From an uncultured Verrucomicrobiota bacterium (lineage in GTDB: Bacteria > Verrucomicrobiota > Kiritimatiellia > CAIQIC01 > Lenti-01), in NCBI GenBank assembly GCA_964436715.1, contig CAYTEK010000003.1, forward strand, positions 1-51,871: a stretch of DNA of 51,871 nt, written 5' to 3'. The notes under the pieces were generated by a model that worked only from the letters and a program-made list of their open reading frames with translations, was not told where the DNA came from and did not search any database. This document shows positions 1 to 7,301 of the stretch, in pieces; the stretch's first letter is position 1; every line of letters begins with the position of its first letter. The position numbers were made by a program, and so were the translations under genes.

Positions 1-1096
1 GTTCGCGCAGCATCGCGTTGACCTTGAAGCGGCCCGTTTCGCTGAGCGGACTCCACGCCGTCTTGCCGTCTTCCTCATGGACGTTGAGCCAGACCGCGAC
101 CAAATCCAATTCCGGCACGATCACCATCGCGAACCGCCCCCCGTAGCCTGAACCCATGAACGTGCGCGGCGGCGCATCCGGCAAAAACCGCCCGCCGTCC
201 GGCGTCGTTTCGTTGTGCCACCAGAAATAGCCCAGGCAGCCCAGATGATTCTTTTGGTTCTTGCCCCCGCCGATCGATTTCCAGCCCTGCGCCGACAAGT
301 CTTCGGCTTCCCGTCCCGACGTCCGCGGAAAATCCGGCGGCAACGTGCCGGCCATGGCCTGGTCGAACAGGTCCTGCCGCAACAGGCGCCGGCCGTTCCA
401 CTCGCCGCCGCGCAGATAGAGCAAGGCGAACCGCGCCATGTCCCGCGCCGACATGCGGATCCGGCCCCGGTGCGAATTGCGGTAATTCGCCGTCGGTTGG
501 TCTTCGAAACCCAGCGCCGCGCCCAGCCACTTGCCGTTGAGCAATTCGTCGTATTGGACCGGCAGCTTGTCGTACACCCGGTAGAACAGCGTCCAAACCA
601 GCAACCCCGTCGCGAAATCGTTGTAGGCGAACGCTTCGCCCGGCTTCTCCGCCAGGCCATAGCCCGACGTCTGGTTCAGCAGATGCCGAAACGTGATCGC
701 GCGATCCTTGTAGTCCAAATCGGCGTTCAGGTTCCCGATTTCCGGCGCCCACCGCAGGATCGGCTCGTCCAAGGAGCCGATCAGGCCGAGTTCGATCGCC
801 TTGAAGGCCAGGAATGCGTAGATCGGCTTGCACGCCGACGCGACGTCGCCCCGGAAGGCGACGTCGCCCCATGTGAAGATCATCTTCCCGCCTTGCACGA
901 GGCACCCGGCGCCGCCCGCCCGGTCCGCGAACGCCTGCAGCTTCGCCGCGGAAAAGCCCGCCGCTTCCGGCGCCTTCGTCGTCCAATGCGCGCCGGGACA
1001 AGGCGGACCGGTCCGCGCCCGGCAACCGGCGGCGCCGAGCGCCAGGCTGCCGACGATCAGCCAACTCGCCGCTTGCTGGACGCCCCGTTTCGTCAC
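1..1096 (-). CDS. serine hydrolase (beta-lactamase/transpeptidase-like fold), paralog 2; 3' end cut by window edge
   Basis: Not in the ORF track because it has no in-window stop. My translation from GTG 1096-1094: VTKRGVQQAASWLIVGSLALGAAGC...KAPEAAGFSAAKLQAFADRAGG...DVASACKPIYAF (S-x-x-K)...DRAITFRHLL...FAYNDFATGLLVWTLFYRV...SETGRFKVNAMLRE. It shares long identical peptide runs with the 1093..2235 product. The GTG overlaps the upstream TGA (GTGA). Confidence 0.8.
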   Translation of the reverse strand, partial: MTKRGVQQAASWLIVGSLALGAAGCRARTGPPCPGAHWTTKAPEAAGFSAAKLQAFADRAGGAGCLVQGGKMIFTWGDVAFRGDVASACKPIYAFLAFKAIELGLIGSLDEPILRWAPEIGNLNADLDYKDRAITFRHLLNQTSGYGLAEKPGEAFAYNDFATGLLVWTLFYRVYDKLPVQYDELLNGKWLGAALGFEDQPTANYRNSHRGRIRMSARDMARFALLYLRGGEWNGRRLLRQDLFDQAMAGTLPPDFPRTSGREAEDLSAQGWKSIGGGKNQKNHLGCLGYFWWHNETTPDGGRFLPDAPPRTFMGSGYGGRFAMVIVPELDLVAVWLNVHEEDGKTAWSPLSETGRFKVNAMLRE

Positions 1097-2235
1097 GGCG
1101 CCGGCTCCGTGCGCGCGGCGAGCAGTTCGCGCAGCATCGCGTTGACCTTGAAGCGGCCCGTTTCGCTGAGCGGACTCCATTGCTCGTCGGGATGGACCTT
1201 GTGCCAAACCGCCACCAGATCCAGCTCCGGAATCGCCACCATCGCGAATTGTCCGCCCCAGCCCGAGCCCATGAAGGTGCCCGGCGGCGCGTCCGGCAAG
1301 AAAAGCCCGCCGTCCGGCGTCGGGCGGTTGAACCACCAGAAATGGCCCAGGCAGCCCAGATGGTTTTTCAGGTCCTTGCCCCCGCCCGCGCCGATGGCCT
1401 TCCATTCCGCCGGCAGCAATTCGGCGTCGCGGCCCTGCGTCCGCGGAAAATCGAGCGGCAAGCACCCGCCCAGCGCTTCCCGGAAAAGATCCTGCCGCAG
1501 CAGGCGGCGGCCGTGCCACTCGCCGCCGCGCAGATACAGCAGGGCGAACCGCGCCATGTCCCGCACCGACATGCGGATGCGACCCCGGATGGCTTTTCGC
1601 CAGCCTTGGTAGTTCGCGGTCGGCGCATCTTCGAATCCGAGCGCCGCCCCCAGCACGTCGCCGTTGAGCAGTTCGTCGTAGCGCGCCGGCGGCAAGGCCC
1701 ACACCCGGTAGAACAAGGTCCAGACCAGCAGGCCGGTCGCAAAGTCGTTGTAGGCGAACGCCGCGCCGGGGGGCTCTTGCAAGCCGTAGCCCGACGTCTG
1801 GTCCAGCAAATGGCGGAACGTGATCGCGCGATCCTTGTAGCCCAGATCGGCGTTGAGGTTTCCGATTTCCGGCACCCAGCGCAGCAGCGGCTCGTCCAGC
1901 GACGGCAACCGGCCTTGCTCGATCGCCTTGAACGTCAGGAAGGCGTAGATCGGCTTGGCCGACGACACGACGTCGTGGCGCCCGGTGACGTCGCCCCACG
2001 TGAAGATCATCTCCCCGCCTTGCACGAGGCATCCGGAACCGCCCGCCCGGTCCGCGAACGCCTGCAGCTTCGCCGCGGAAAATCCCGCCGCTTCCGGCGC
2101 CTTCGTCGTCCAATGCGCGCCGGGACAGGGCGGCCGCCGCGCCGCGGCGACTTTCCAGGCCGCGCCCGTCGCGACTCCCGCCAGCGCCAGCGCCAGCGCG
2201 CCGCGCCCGACCCACTTGCGGATTCCGCCATTCAT
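1093..2235 (-). CDS. serine hydrolase (beta-lactamase/transpeptidase-like fold), paralog 1
   Basis: 380-aa ORF with an ATG start. It has a signal-like N-terminus (GRGALALALAGVATGAAW), an S-x-x-K nucleophile motif (SSAKPIYAF) and a class-C beta-lactamase/esterase-like layout. Confidence 0.8.
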   Translation of the reverse strand: MNGGIRKWVGRGALALALAGVATGAAWKVAAARRPPCPGAHWTTKAPEAAGFSAAKLQAFADRAGGSGCLVQGGEMIFTWGDVTGRHDVVSSAKPIYAFLTFKAIEQGRLPSLDEPLLRWVPEIGNLNADLGYKDRAITFRHLLDQTSGYGLQEPPGAAFAYNDFATGLLVWTLFYRVWALPPARYDELLNGDVLGAALGFEDAPTANYQGWRKAIRGRIRMSVRDMARFALLYLRGGEWHGRRLLRQDLFREALGGCLPLDFPRTQGRDAELLPAEWKAIGAGGGKDLKNHLGCLGHFWWFNRPTPDGGLFLPDAPPGTFMGSGWGGQFAMVAIPELDLVAVWHKVHPDEQWSPLSETGRFKVNAMLRELLAARTEPAP

Positions 2236-2272
2236 GGGGGCCTATCCTATTCCAATCCGCCGTTCCGGGCAT

Positions 2273-2313
2273 CCAAAAAGAACGCCCGGCCGCCGTTGCC
2301 GGTCGGCCGGGCG
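2273..2313 (-). terminator. rho-independent terminator downstream of leuA
   Basis: Perfect 10-bp stem, cgcccggccg (2283-2292) paired with cggccgggcg (2304-2313), with an 11-nt loop. On the minus-strand RNA it is followed by UUCUUUUUGG (plus 2273-2282). It lies 20 nt after the leuA stop. Confidence 0.6.
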
Positions 2314-2332
2314 CCGCGCGCAAGCCGGCGGG

Positions 2333-3871
2333 CTAGGCCTTGGCGGCTTCGCCCGTCAGGAAGAGGTGCCGACTCAGCGCGTTGACGTAGGCCTTCGCCG
2401 CCGCCCTCACGATGTCGATGTCCGCCCCCTTCGCCGCCACCGTTTCCTCGCCGTACTTCACCTGCACCGAAGCTTCGCCCAAGGCGTCTTCGCCGTGCGT
2501 CACCGCCTGCATCGCGAACGACTTCAGCTCGCCCTTGATGCCGGTGATGCGGTCGATGGCCGTCAGCGCGGCTTCCACCGGGCCGGAGCCCGTCGCGGAA
2601 TCCTGCACGACGACGCCGTCCTTCTCGATCTGCACCGTCGCGGTCGGAATCGACCGGTTGCCGGCCGACACCTGCAGGCACTTGATCGCATACACCCGCG
2701 GCACGTCGGAGATGAATTCCTTCAGCAGCTCGACGATGTCGTCGTCGTAGACCACCTTCTTCTTGTCCGCCAGCGCGATGAAGGCGTCGTAGATGCCCTG
2801 CAGCTGGTCGGCGCTGACCTGGATGCCCATGCGCTTCAGGTGGGCCGCGAAGCCGGCGCGCCCGCTGTGCTTGCCCAGCACCAGATCGGTGCCCGTCACC
2901 ACGCCGACGTCTTCCGGCCGCATGATCTCGTAGGTCTCGCGGTGCTTCAGCATGCCGTCCTGGTGGATGCCCGATTCGTGCGCGAAGGCGTTCGCGCCCA
3001 CGATGGCCTTGTTGCGCTGCACCATCATGCCCGTCAGCTGGCTCACCAGGCGGCTGGTCGCGAACAGTTCCTGCGTCCGCACGCGCGTCTGGATGCCGTA
3101 GTGGTCGTTGCGCACCTTCAGCGCCATCACCAGCTCTTCCAGCGAGCAGTTGCCCGCGCGCTCGCCGATGCCGTTGATGGTGCACTCGACGCCGCGCGCG
3201 CCGCATTCGATCGCCGCCAGCGAATTCGCCACCGCCAAGCCAAGGTCGTTGTGGCAATGCACGTGCACCACCACGTCGGCCAGCTCCGGCACGTGCTCGT
3301 GCAGATAGGTCAGCAGCTTGCGGAATTCCTGCGGCACCGTGAACCCCACCGTGTCGGGGATGTTCACCGTCGTCGCGCCCGCCGCGATCACCGCGCGCAC
3401 CACTTCCGCCAGGAATTCCGGCTCGGTGCGCGACGCGTCTTCGGGGCTGAACTGGACATCCTTGCAGAACTTCTTCGCGTAGGCCACGCCTTCGACGGCC
3501 TGGCGGACGATTTCGTCCTTCGCCTTCTTCAGCTTGAATTCGCGGTGGATCGCGCTCGTCGCCAGGAACACGTGGATCCGCGCGCGGTCGCCCGCGGGCT
3601 TCAGCGCCTCGGCGCATTTCTCGATGTCGCCCTTCACGCAGCGGGCCAGCCCCGCGATGCGGCATTTCTTGATTTCGGCGGCGACTTTCTTCACCGCCTC
3701 GAAGTCGCCCGGCGAGGCCGCCGGAAAGCCGGCTTCGATGATGTCCACGTTCAGTTTTTCGAGCTGCCGCGCCACCTGCAGCTTTTCGTGCAGGCCCATG
3801 CTCGCGCCGGGGCATTGCTCCCCGTCGCGCAGCGTCGTGTCGAAAACAATCACGTGATCCGGTTTTTTCAT
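2333..3871 (-). CDS. leuA: 2-isopropylmalate synthase
   Basis: MKKPDHVIVFDTTLRDGEQCPGASM..., HCHNDLGLAVANSLAA, and a C-terminal LeuA regulatory domain. I moved the start from the track's 3931 to ATG 3871, the conserved N-terminus, which has AGGA about 8 nt upstream. Confidence 0.95.
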   Translation of the reverse strand: MKKPDHVIVFDTTLRDGEQCPGASMGLHEKLQVARQLEKLNVDIIEAGFPAASPGDFEAVKKVAAEIKKCRIAGLARCVKGDIEKCAEALKPAGDRARIHVFLATSAIHREFKLKKAKDEIVRQAVEGVAYAKKFCKDVQFSPEDASRTEPEFLAEVVRAVIAAGATTVNIPDTVGFTVPQEFRKLLTYLHEHVPELADVVVHVHCHNDLGLAVANSLAAIECGARGVECTINGIGERAGNCSLEELVMALKVRNDHYGIQTRVRTQELFATSRLVSQLTGMMVQRNKAIVGANAFAHESGIHQDGMLKHRETYEIMRPEDVGVVTGTDLVLGKHSGRAGFAAHLKRMGIQVSADQLQGIYDAFIALADKKKVVYDDDIVELLKEFISDVPRVYAIKCLQVSAGNRSIPTATVQIEKDGVVVQDSATGSGPVEAALTAIDRITGIKGELKSFAMQAVTHGEDALGEASVQVKYGEETVAAKGADIDIVRAAAKAYVNALSRHLFLTGEAAKA

Positions 3872-3913
3872 GTTCGTTCGTCCTATGGGAAAGGTCCTGG
3901 GGTCGCACGCGGG

Positions 3914-3949
3914 CAACAAAACGCCCGCCAAGTCTCAACTTCGGCGGGC
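3914..3949 (-). terminator. rho-independent terminator of the permease operon and/or attenuator in the leuA leader
   Basis: On the minus-strand RNA, gcccgccgaag / cuuggcgggc form a 10-bp stem with one bulge and a 6-nt loop, followed by GUUUUGUUG. The element lies between the DppC-like stop (4150) and the leuA start (3871). Confidence 0.55.
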
Positions 3950-3977
3950 TGTCCGGAAAACCATCGGCTCCGGTCGA

Positions 3978-4064
3978 TCATCCAACGCAACACCCGTCGC
4001 CCGCCGTGGCACGGATGTCGCCGCGCAACGCGAGAAGCAGGCCCTGGATGCACCGAATCGTCAT
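3978..4064 (-). CDS. candidate Leu-rich leader peptide upstream of leuA (speculative)
   Basis: My translation is MTIRCIQGLLLALRGDIRATAGDGCCVG*, with four Leu in five residues encoded by CTG CTT CTC TTG. It ends 29 nt upstream of the terminator-like hairpin. There is no Shine-Dalgarno; the ATG sits about 10 nt after the putative -10, so it would have to be leaderless. Confidence 0.2.
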   Translation of the reverse strand: MTIRCIQGLLLALRGDIRATAGDGCCVG

Positions 4065-4073
4065 GATGCGGAG

Positions 4074-4102
4074 ACTAAACCACGCCGCCCGCCCCCTGTC
4101 AA
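4074..4102 (-). promoter_or_regulatory. candidate sigma70-type promoter for the leuA leader
   Basis: On the minus strand: TTGACA (4102-4097), a 17-nt spacer, then TTTAGT (4079-4074). The -35 is perfect and the -10 matches 4 of 6. Confidence 0.35.
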
Positions 4103-4149
4103 GGGCCGCCGGCCCGCGCCGCGCATTTTCCCCGGCGGCCGCCGCGGCC

Positions 4150-5061
4150 TCATTCCGGCGCGGTCCGCAGGCGCGGATCCAGCGCGTCGCGCAGGACGTC
4201 GCCCAGCAGGTTGAACGCCAGCACCACCGCGAAGATCGCCGCCGTCACCGCCGCCAGTTCCCACCACATGCCCTGCCACAGCCGCAGGCGCGCCGACGCG
4301 ATCATCGTGCCCCAGCTCGGCTGGCCCTGCGCGCCGAGGCCCAGAAAACTCAGGAACACCTCCGTGCCGATCGGCGCCGGAAACCGCAGCGTGAACGACA
4401 CCAACGCCACGTGGACCACGTTCGGCAAAACGTGGCGGAACAGGATGCGCCCGTGCGAAAAGCCCAGCGCCTGCGCCGCCCGCACGTAGCCGCGGCCCTT
4501 CTGCCGCAGCGTTTCCGCCCGGATCAGGCGGCACGTGCTCACCCAGGTCGTGAGCCCGATCGCCAGGAACACGCCCAGCAGCCCCTTGCCCACCACCATC
4601 GCGATCGCCAGCACGAACAGCAGCCCCGGGATCGACGCGAACGTCGTCGCCAGCCACGTCACCACGTCGTCCGTCTTCCCGCCGAAATACCCGCCCAGGC
4701 AGCCCAGCAGCACGCCGATGGGAATCGCGATCAGCGACGACACCACGCCCACCTGGAACGCGATGCGCGCCCCCTGCGCCAGCCGCAGGCCCACGTCGCG
4801 CCCGAGCCCGTCCGTGCCCAGCCAATGCGCCGCGCCCGGCGCCTGGTAGCGCGCGGCGAGATCCTGCGCCTGCCACGGCGGCGTGACGTCCCGCCACGCA
4901 TACCAGTCGTGCGCGATCTCCGCGCCCAGCGCGACGAGGAAAAAGACCGCCAGCACCGCGAGGCACGCCCGCGCCGTGCGGCTGGCCCACACCTGCCGCC
5001 ACGCCGCGCGCCCCGGCGCCGCGTCGCGCGCTCTTTCCGCTGGTTGCGCGCCCGCGTTCAC
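4150..5061 (-). CDS. ABC transporter permease, DppC/OppC-like
   Basis: The C-terminal 303 aa of track ORF 4150..5901 read HWLGTDGLGRDVGLRLAQGARIAF..., then the EAA-loop region YVRAAQALGFSHGRILFRHVLPN. I set the start at GTG 5061-5059, which overlaps the upstream TGA (GTGA). Confidence 0.85.
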   Translation of the reverse strand: MNAGAQPAERARDAAPGRAAWRQVWASRTARACLAVLAVFFLVALGAEIAHDWYAWRDVTPPWQAQDLAARYQAPGAAHWLGTDGLGRDVGLRLAQGARIAFQVGVVSSLIAIPIGVLLGCLGGYFGGKTDDVVTWLATTFASIPGLLFVLAIAMVVGKGLLGVFLAIGLTTWVSTCRLIRAETLRQKGRGYVRAAQALGFSHGRILFRHVLPNVVHVALVSFTLRFPAPIGTEVFLSFLGLGAQGQPSWGTMIASARLRLWQGMWWELAAVTAAIFAVVLAFNLLGDVLRDALDPRLRTAPE

Positions 5062-6317
5062 GACAGCTTCACCCGCGGATCCACCCACGCCAGCGCGACG
5101 TCCGCCAAGACGTTCGCCGCCGTGAAAAACAGCGCGCCCACCAGCACCACTGCGCGCACCACGTCGACGTCCGCCGAATGGATCGCGTTGAGGCTCAGGT
5201 AGCCCAGTCCCGGAATCCCGAAGAAACTTTCCAGCAGCAAGCTGCCCGTGTAGAGGAACGGCAGCGCCAGCGCCACGTTGACGATCACCGGCCCCAGCGC
5301 GTTCTTCAGCACGTGCTTGAACAGCACGCGCCCTTCGCCCAGGCCCTTGGCGAACGCCGTGCGCACGTAGTCCTTGTGCATCTCCTCCAGCAGGATGGTC
5401 CGGTAGAACCGCACGTTCGTGCCCAGCCCCGTCGCCACGCCGATCAGGATCGGCAGCAGCAGGTTCCGCCACGATTCGAAGCCCCACACCGGGAACCAGC
5501 CCAGTTTGTACGCCAGCACGAACTGCCCGAACACGATCCACACCAGGTAGTTCACGCTCATCAGCGCCACGCAGACCGCCACGAGGCTCCGGTCCAGCCA
5601 CGATCCGCGCCGATACGCGCACAGCAGCGCCAGCGTCAGGCTGACCGCCAGCTCGACGACCAGGATCGGCACCGTCAGCGCGAGGCTCGGCCCGAGGCCG
5701 GCCCGGAGCAGCCGGCCCACCGGCTGGTTCAGGCTCGTGCTCGTGCCGAAATCCAGCCGCGCCACGCGCCGCGCGTAGTCCGCCAGTTGGCTGTCGAAGA
5801 AATGCCGCGTGCCCTTTTCCAGCCGCACGCGCCGGATTTCCGCCCAACCGCCGGCCGCGCGGAATGCCGGTTTTTCCACGCCGTGGAAAACTTTTTTCCA
5901 CGCCGTGGAAAACTTATTTCCATCCTGTGGAAAACCGGGCCCGCGGCCTTCGACCGTCAGGCGCCAGCGACCGTCCGCCGGCAGCGGAAACGCGAGCGGC
6001 AGGACCAGTTCCTGGCCGTCTTCCAGCCGCAGTCCGCCGGTGGCGCCCGCGCCCCAGGCCGCGCGCGCGCCGGGTCCGGCCGTTGCGAAATCCACGGTTT
6101 CCAGCGCGCGGGTTTTCGTCCAGCGGCCGCAAAAGAGCGGCTTGTCGTAGCCCCGCGCCGCGTCGAATTCCTCCAGCGAGCGGGCGCCGGCGTTTTGCCC
6201 GAGCACCAGCGCCGCGGGACTGCCCCCCACCACGTTGAACAGCACGAAGGTGATCAGCACGACCCCGATCACCGTCGGGATCGCCTGCCCCAGCCGTTTC
6301 GCCACGTAGCGCCACAT
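5058..6317 (-). CDS. ABC transporter permease, DppB/OppB-like, with about 110 extra residues in the first periplasmic loop
   Basis: MWRYVAKRLGQAIPTVIGVVLITFVLFN...YVRTAFAKGLGEGRVLFKHVLKNAL. The start is moved to ATG 6317. The extra segment between DKPLF and FFDSQLADY contains the 22-nt repeat array. Confidence 0.85.
   Translation of the reverse strand: MWRYVAKRLGQAIPTVIGVVLITFVLFNVVGGSPAALVLGQNAGARSLEEFDAARGYDKPLFCGRWTKTRALETVDFATAGPGARAAWGAGATGGLRLEDGQELVLPLAFPLPADGRWRLTVEGRGPGFPQDGNKFSTAWKKVFHGVEKPAFRAAGGWAEIRRVRLEKGTRHFFDSQLADYARRVARLDFGTSTSLNQPVGRLLRAGLGPSLALTVPILVVELAVSLTLALLCAYRRGSWLDRSLVAVCVALMSVNYLVWIVFGQFVLAYKLGWFPVWGFESWRNLLLPILIGVATGLGTNVRFYRTILLEEMHKDYVRTAFAKGLGEGRVLFKHVLKNALGPVIVNVALALPFLYTGSLLLESFFGIPGLGYLSLNAIHSADVDVVRAVVLVGALFFTAANVLADVALAWVDPRVKLS
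5872..5934. repeat. three tandem 22-nt hairpin units (TTTTCCAC-GCC-GTGGAAAA) inside the DppB-like CDS
   Basis: Inverted repeats at 5872-5890, 5894-5912 and 5916-5934 (the third is degenerate: ATTTCCAT-CCT-GTGGAAAA). The period is exactly 22 nt. Each unit has an 8-bp stem and a 3-nt loop. Confidence 0.9.
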
Positions 6318-6372
6318 GTCCGGCAGTATGCCACCAATCCGCGGCCGGCCAATCCCAAACCGCGCGAAACGG

Positions 6373-6888
6373 CTAGCCCCGCGCCCACAGGTCGAGCAAG
6401 CGCTCGGCCAGCGCATCGACGTCGGCGTCGGAGGTGTCGAGCCGGTGCGGCACCTGCGCGTAGTGCGGCGCGCGCGCGGCCAGCAGCTCGCGGATCTTGG
6501 CGCCGGGATCCGCCACGGCCAGCAGCGGGCGCTTCTTCGAGCGCGCGGTGCGCTCCAGGATGACGTCCGGCCGCGCCGTCAGGCAGACGAGCACGCCGTG
6601 CGCACCCAGCGCCCGCAGGTTTTGCTCGCGCAGCACCACCCCGCCGCCGCACGAAATCACCGCCCCGTCCTTCCGGCCCCACTCTTCGGCCAGCGCCGAT
6701 TCCAGGTCCCGAAACGCGGCCTCCCCGTCCTCCGCGAAAATCCGCGCGATCGGCTTGCCGGCGCGCCGTTCCAGCTCCGCATCCATTTCGAGGAACGGCC
6801 GGCCGGCCAAGGCGGCGACGCGCCGGCCCACGGCGCTTTTGCCCGTGCCCATGAATCCCAGCAGCACCAGATTCCGGAGATTTTCCAT
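6373..6888 (-). CDS. aroK: shikimate kinase
   Basis: 171 aa with Walker A LVLLGFMGTGKSAVGRRVA, GEAAFRDLE, and ISCGGGVV. Confidence 0.92.
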   Translation of the reverse strand: MENLRNLVLLGFMGTGKSAVGRRVAALAGRPFLEMDAELERRAGKPIARIFAEDGEAAFRDLESALAEEWGRKDGAVISCGGGVVLREQNLRALGAHGVLVCLTARPDVILERTARSKKRPLLAVADPGAKIRELLAARAPHYAQVPHRLDTSDADVDALAERLLDLWARG

Positions 6889-6903
6889 CCCGGACAGGGC
6901 AAC

Positions 6904-7128
6904 CTATTTCGGGTCGGACGTCAAATCCAACTTCCGCAGATACCGCGCCCGCCAGCCGCAGGCGGTTTTTTCGAGCTCGAGTTCCACGCGATCGCCTTCG
7001 GCCAACGCCCCCACGACGGCCAGGATTTTGGGCAACGGGTGCAGAAACACCTGCGCCCGCGTGGCGTCGAGCTCGGCGAAGCCGAAGCCCTTGCGGGAGT
7101 CGAACCATTTGACGGTGCCGGTGACCAT
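6904..7128 (-). CDS. cold-shock domain protein (divergent CspA family)
   Basis: 74 aa. MVTGTVKWFDSRKGFGFAE matches the RNP1 region of the cold-shock domain. The second half is divergent. Confidence 0.75.
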   Translation of the reverse strand: MVTGTVKWFDSRKGFGFAELDATRAQVFLHPLPKILAVVGALAEGDRVELELEKTACGWRARYLRKLDLTSDPK

Positions 7129-7242
7129 GGCCGCTCGTTCCGCGAACGCAGGACATGCGTTCGGCGATTGAGAAAAAATGCCACGTCGCCGTTAGGGGGC
7201 GATTCGGGGTCGGTTAATTTTTCGTATGAATTTTGCCCGATG

Positions 7243-7272
7243 AAAAAAACGGCCCCGCGCGAGGCGGGGCCG
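7243..7272 (-). terminator. rho-independent terminator after the PtsN-fusion gene
   Basis: A 9-bp GC stem, cggccccgc (7250-7258) paired with gcggggccg (7264-7272), with a 5-nt loop. It is followed by U7 on the minus-strand RNA (A7 at 7243-7249). Confidence 0.8.
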
Positions 7273-7301
7273 CAGCGGCCGTCGTGCCAACGGCTTGCGC
7301 G

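Noticed and set aside
75-1064. Track ORF 75..1064 (-), 329 aa, MADRRQPGARRRR...
   Set aside because: It is the wrong frame. The real gene here is the serine-hydrolase paralog read from GTG 1096, which runs off the left edge and so was not listed.
4007-4021. TGGCAC-containing strings screened as sigma-54 -24/-12 promoters, because rpoN is present. Examples are TGGCACGGATGTCGC here and similar strings near 20395, 27005 and 45405.
   Set aside because: None has the TTGC(A/T) -12 element at the right spacing together with a downstream gene on the same strand.
5729-5923. Small ORFs with FPRRGK / FSTAWK / FHAVEN peptides: 5729..5923 (-), 5864..6238 (+) and 13530..13949 (-).
   Set aside because: These peptides are the 22-nt palindromic repeat translated in various frames and strands, not independent genes.
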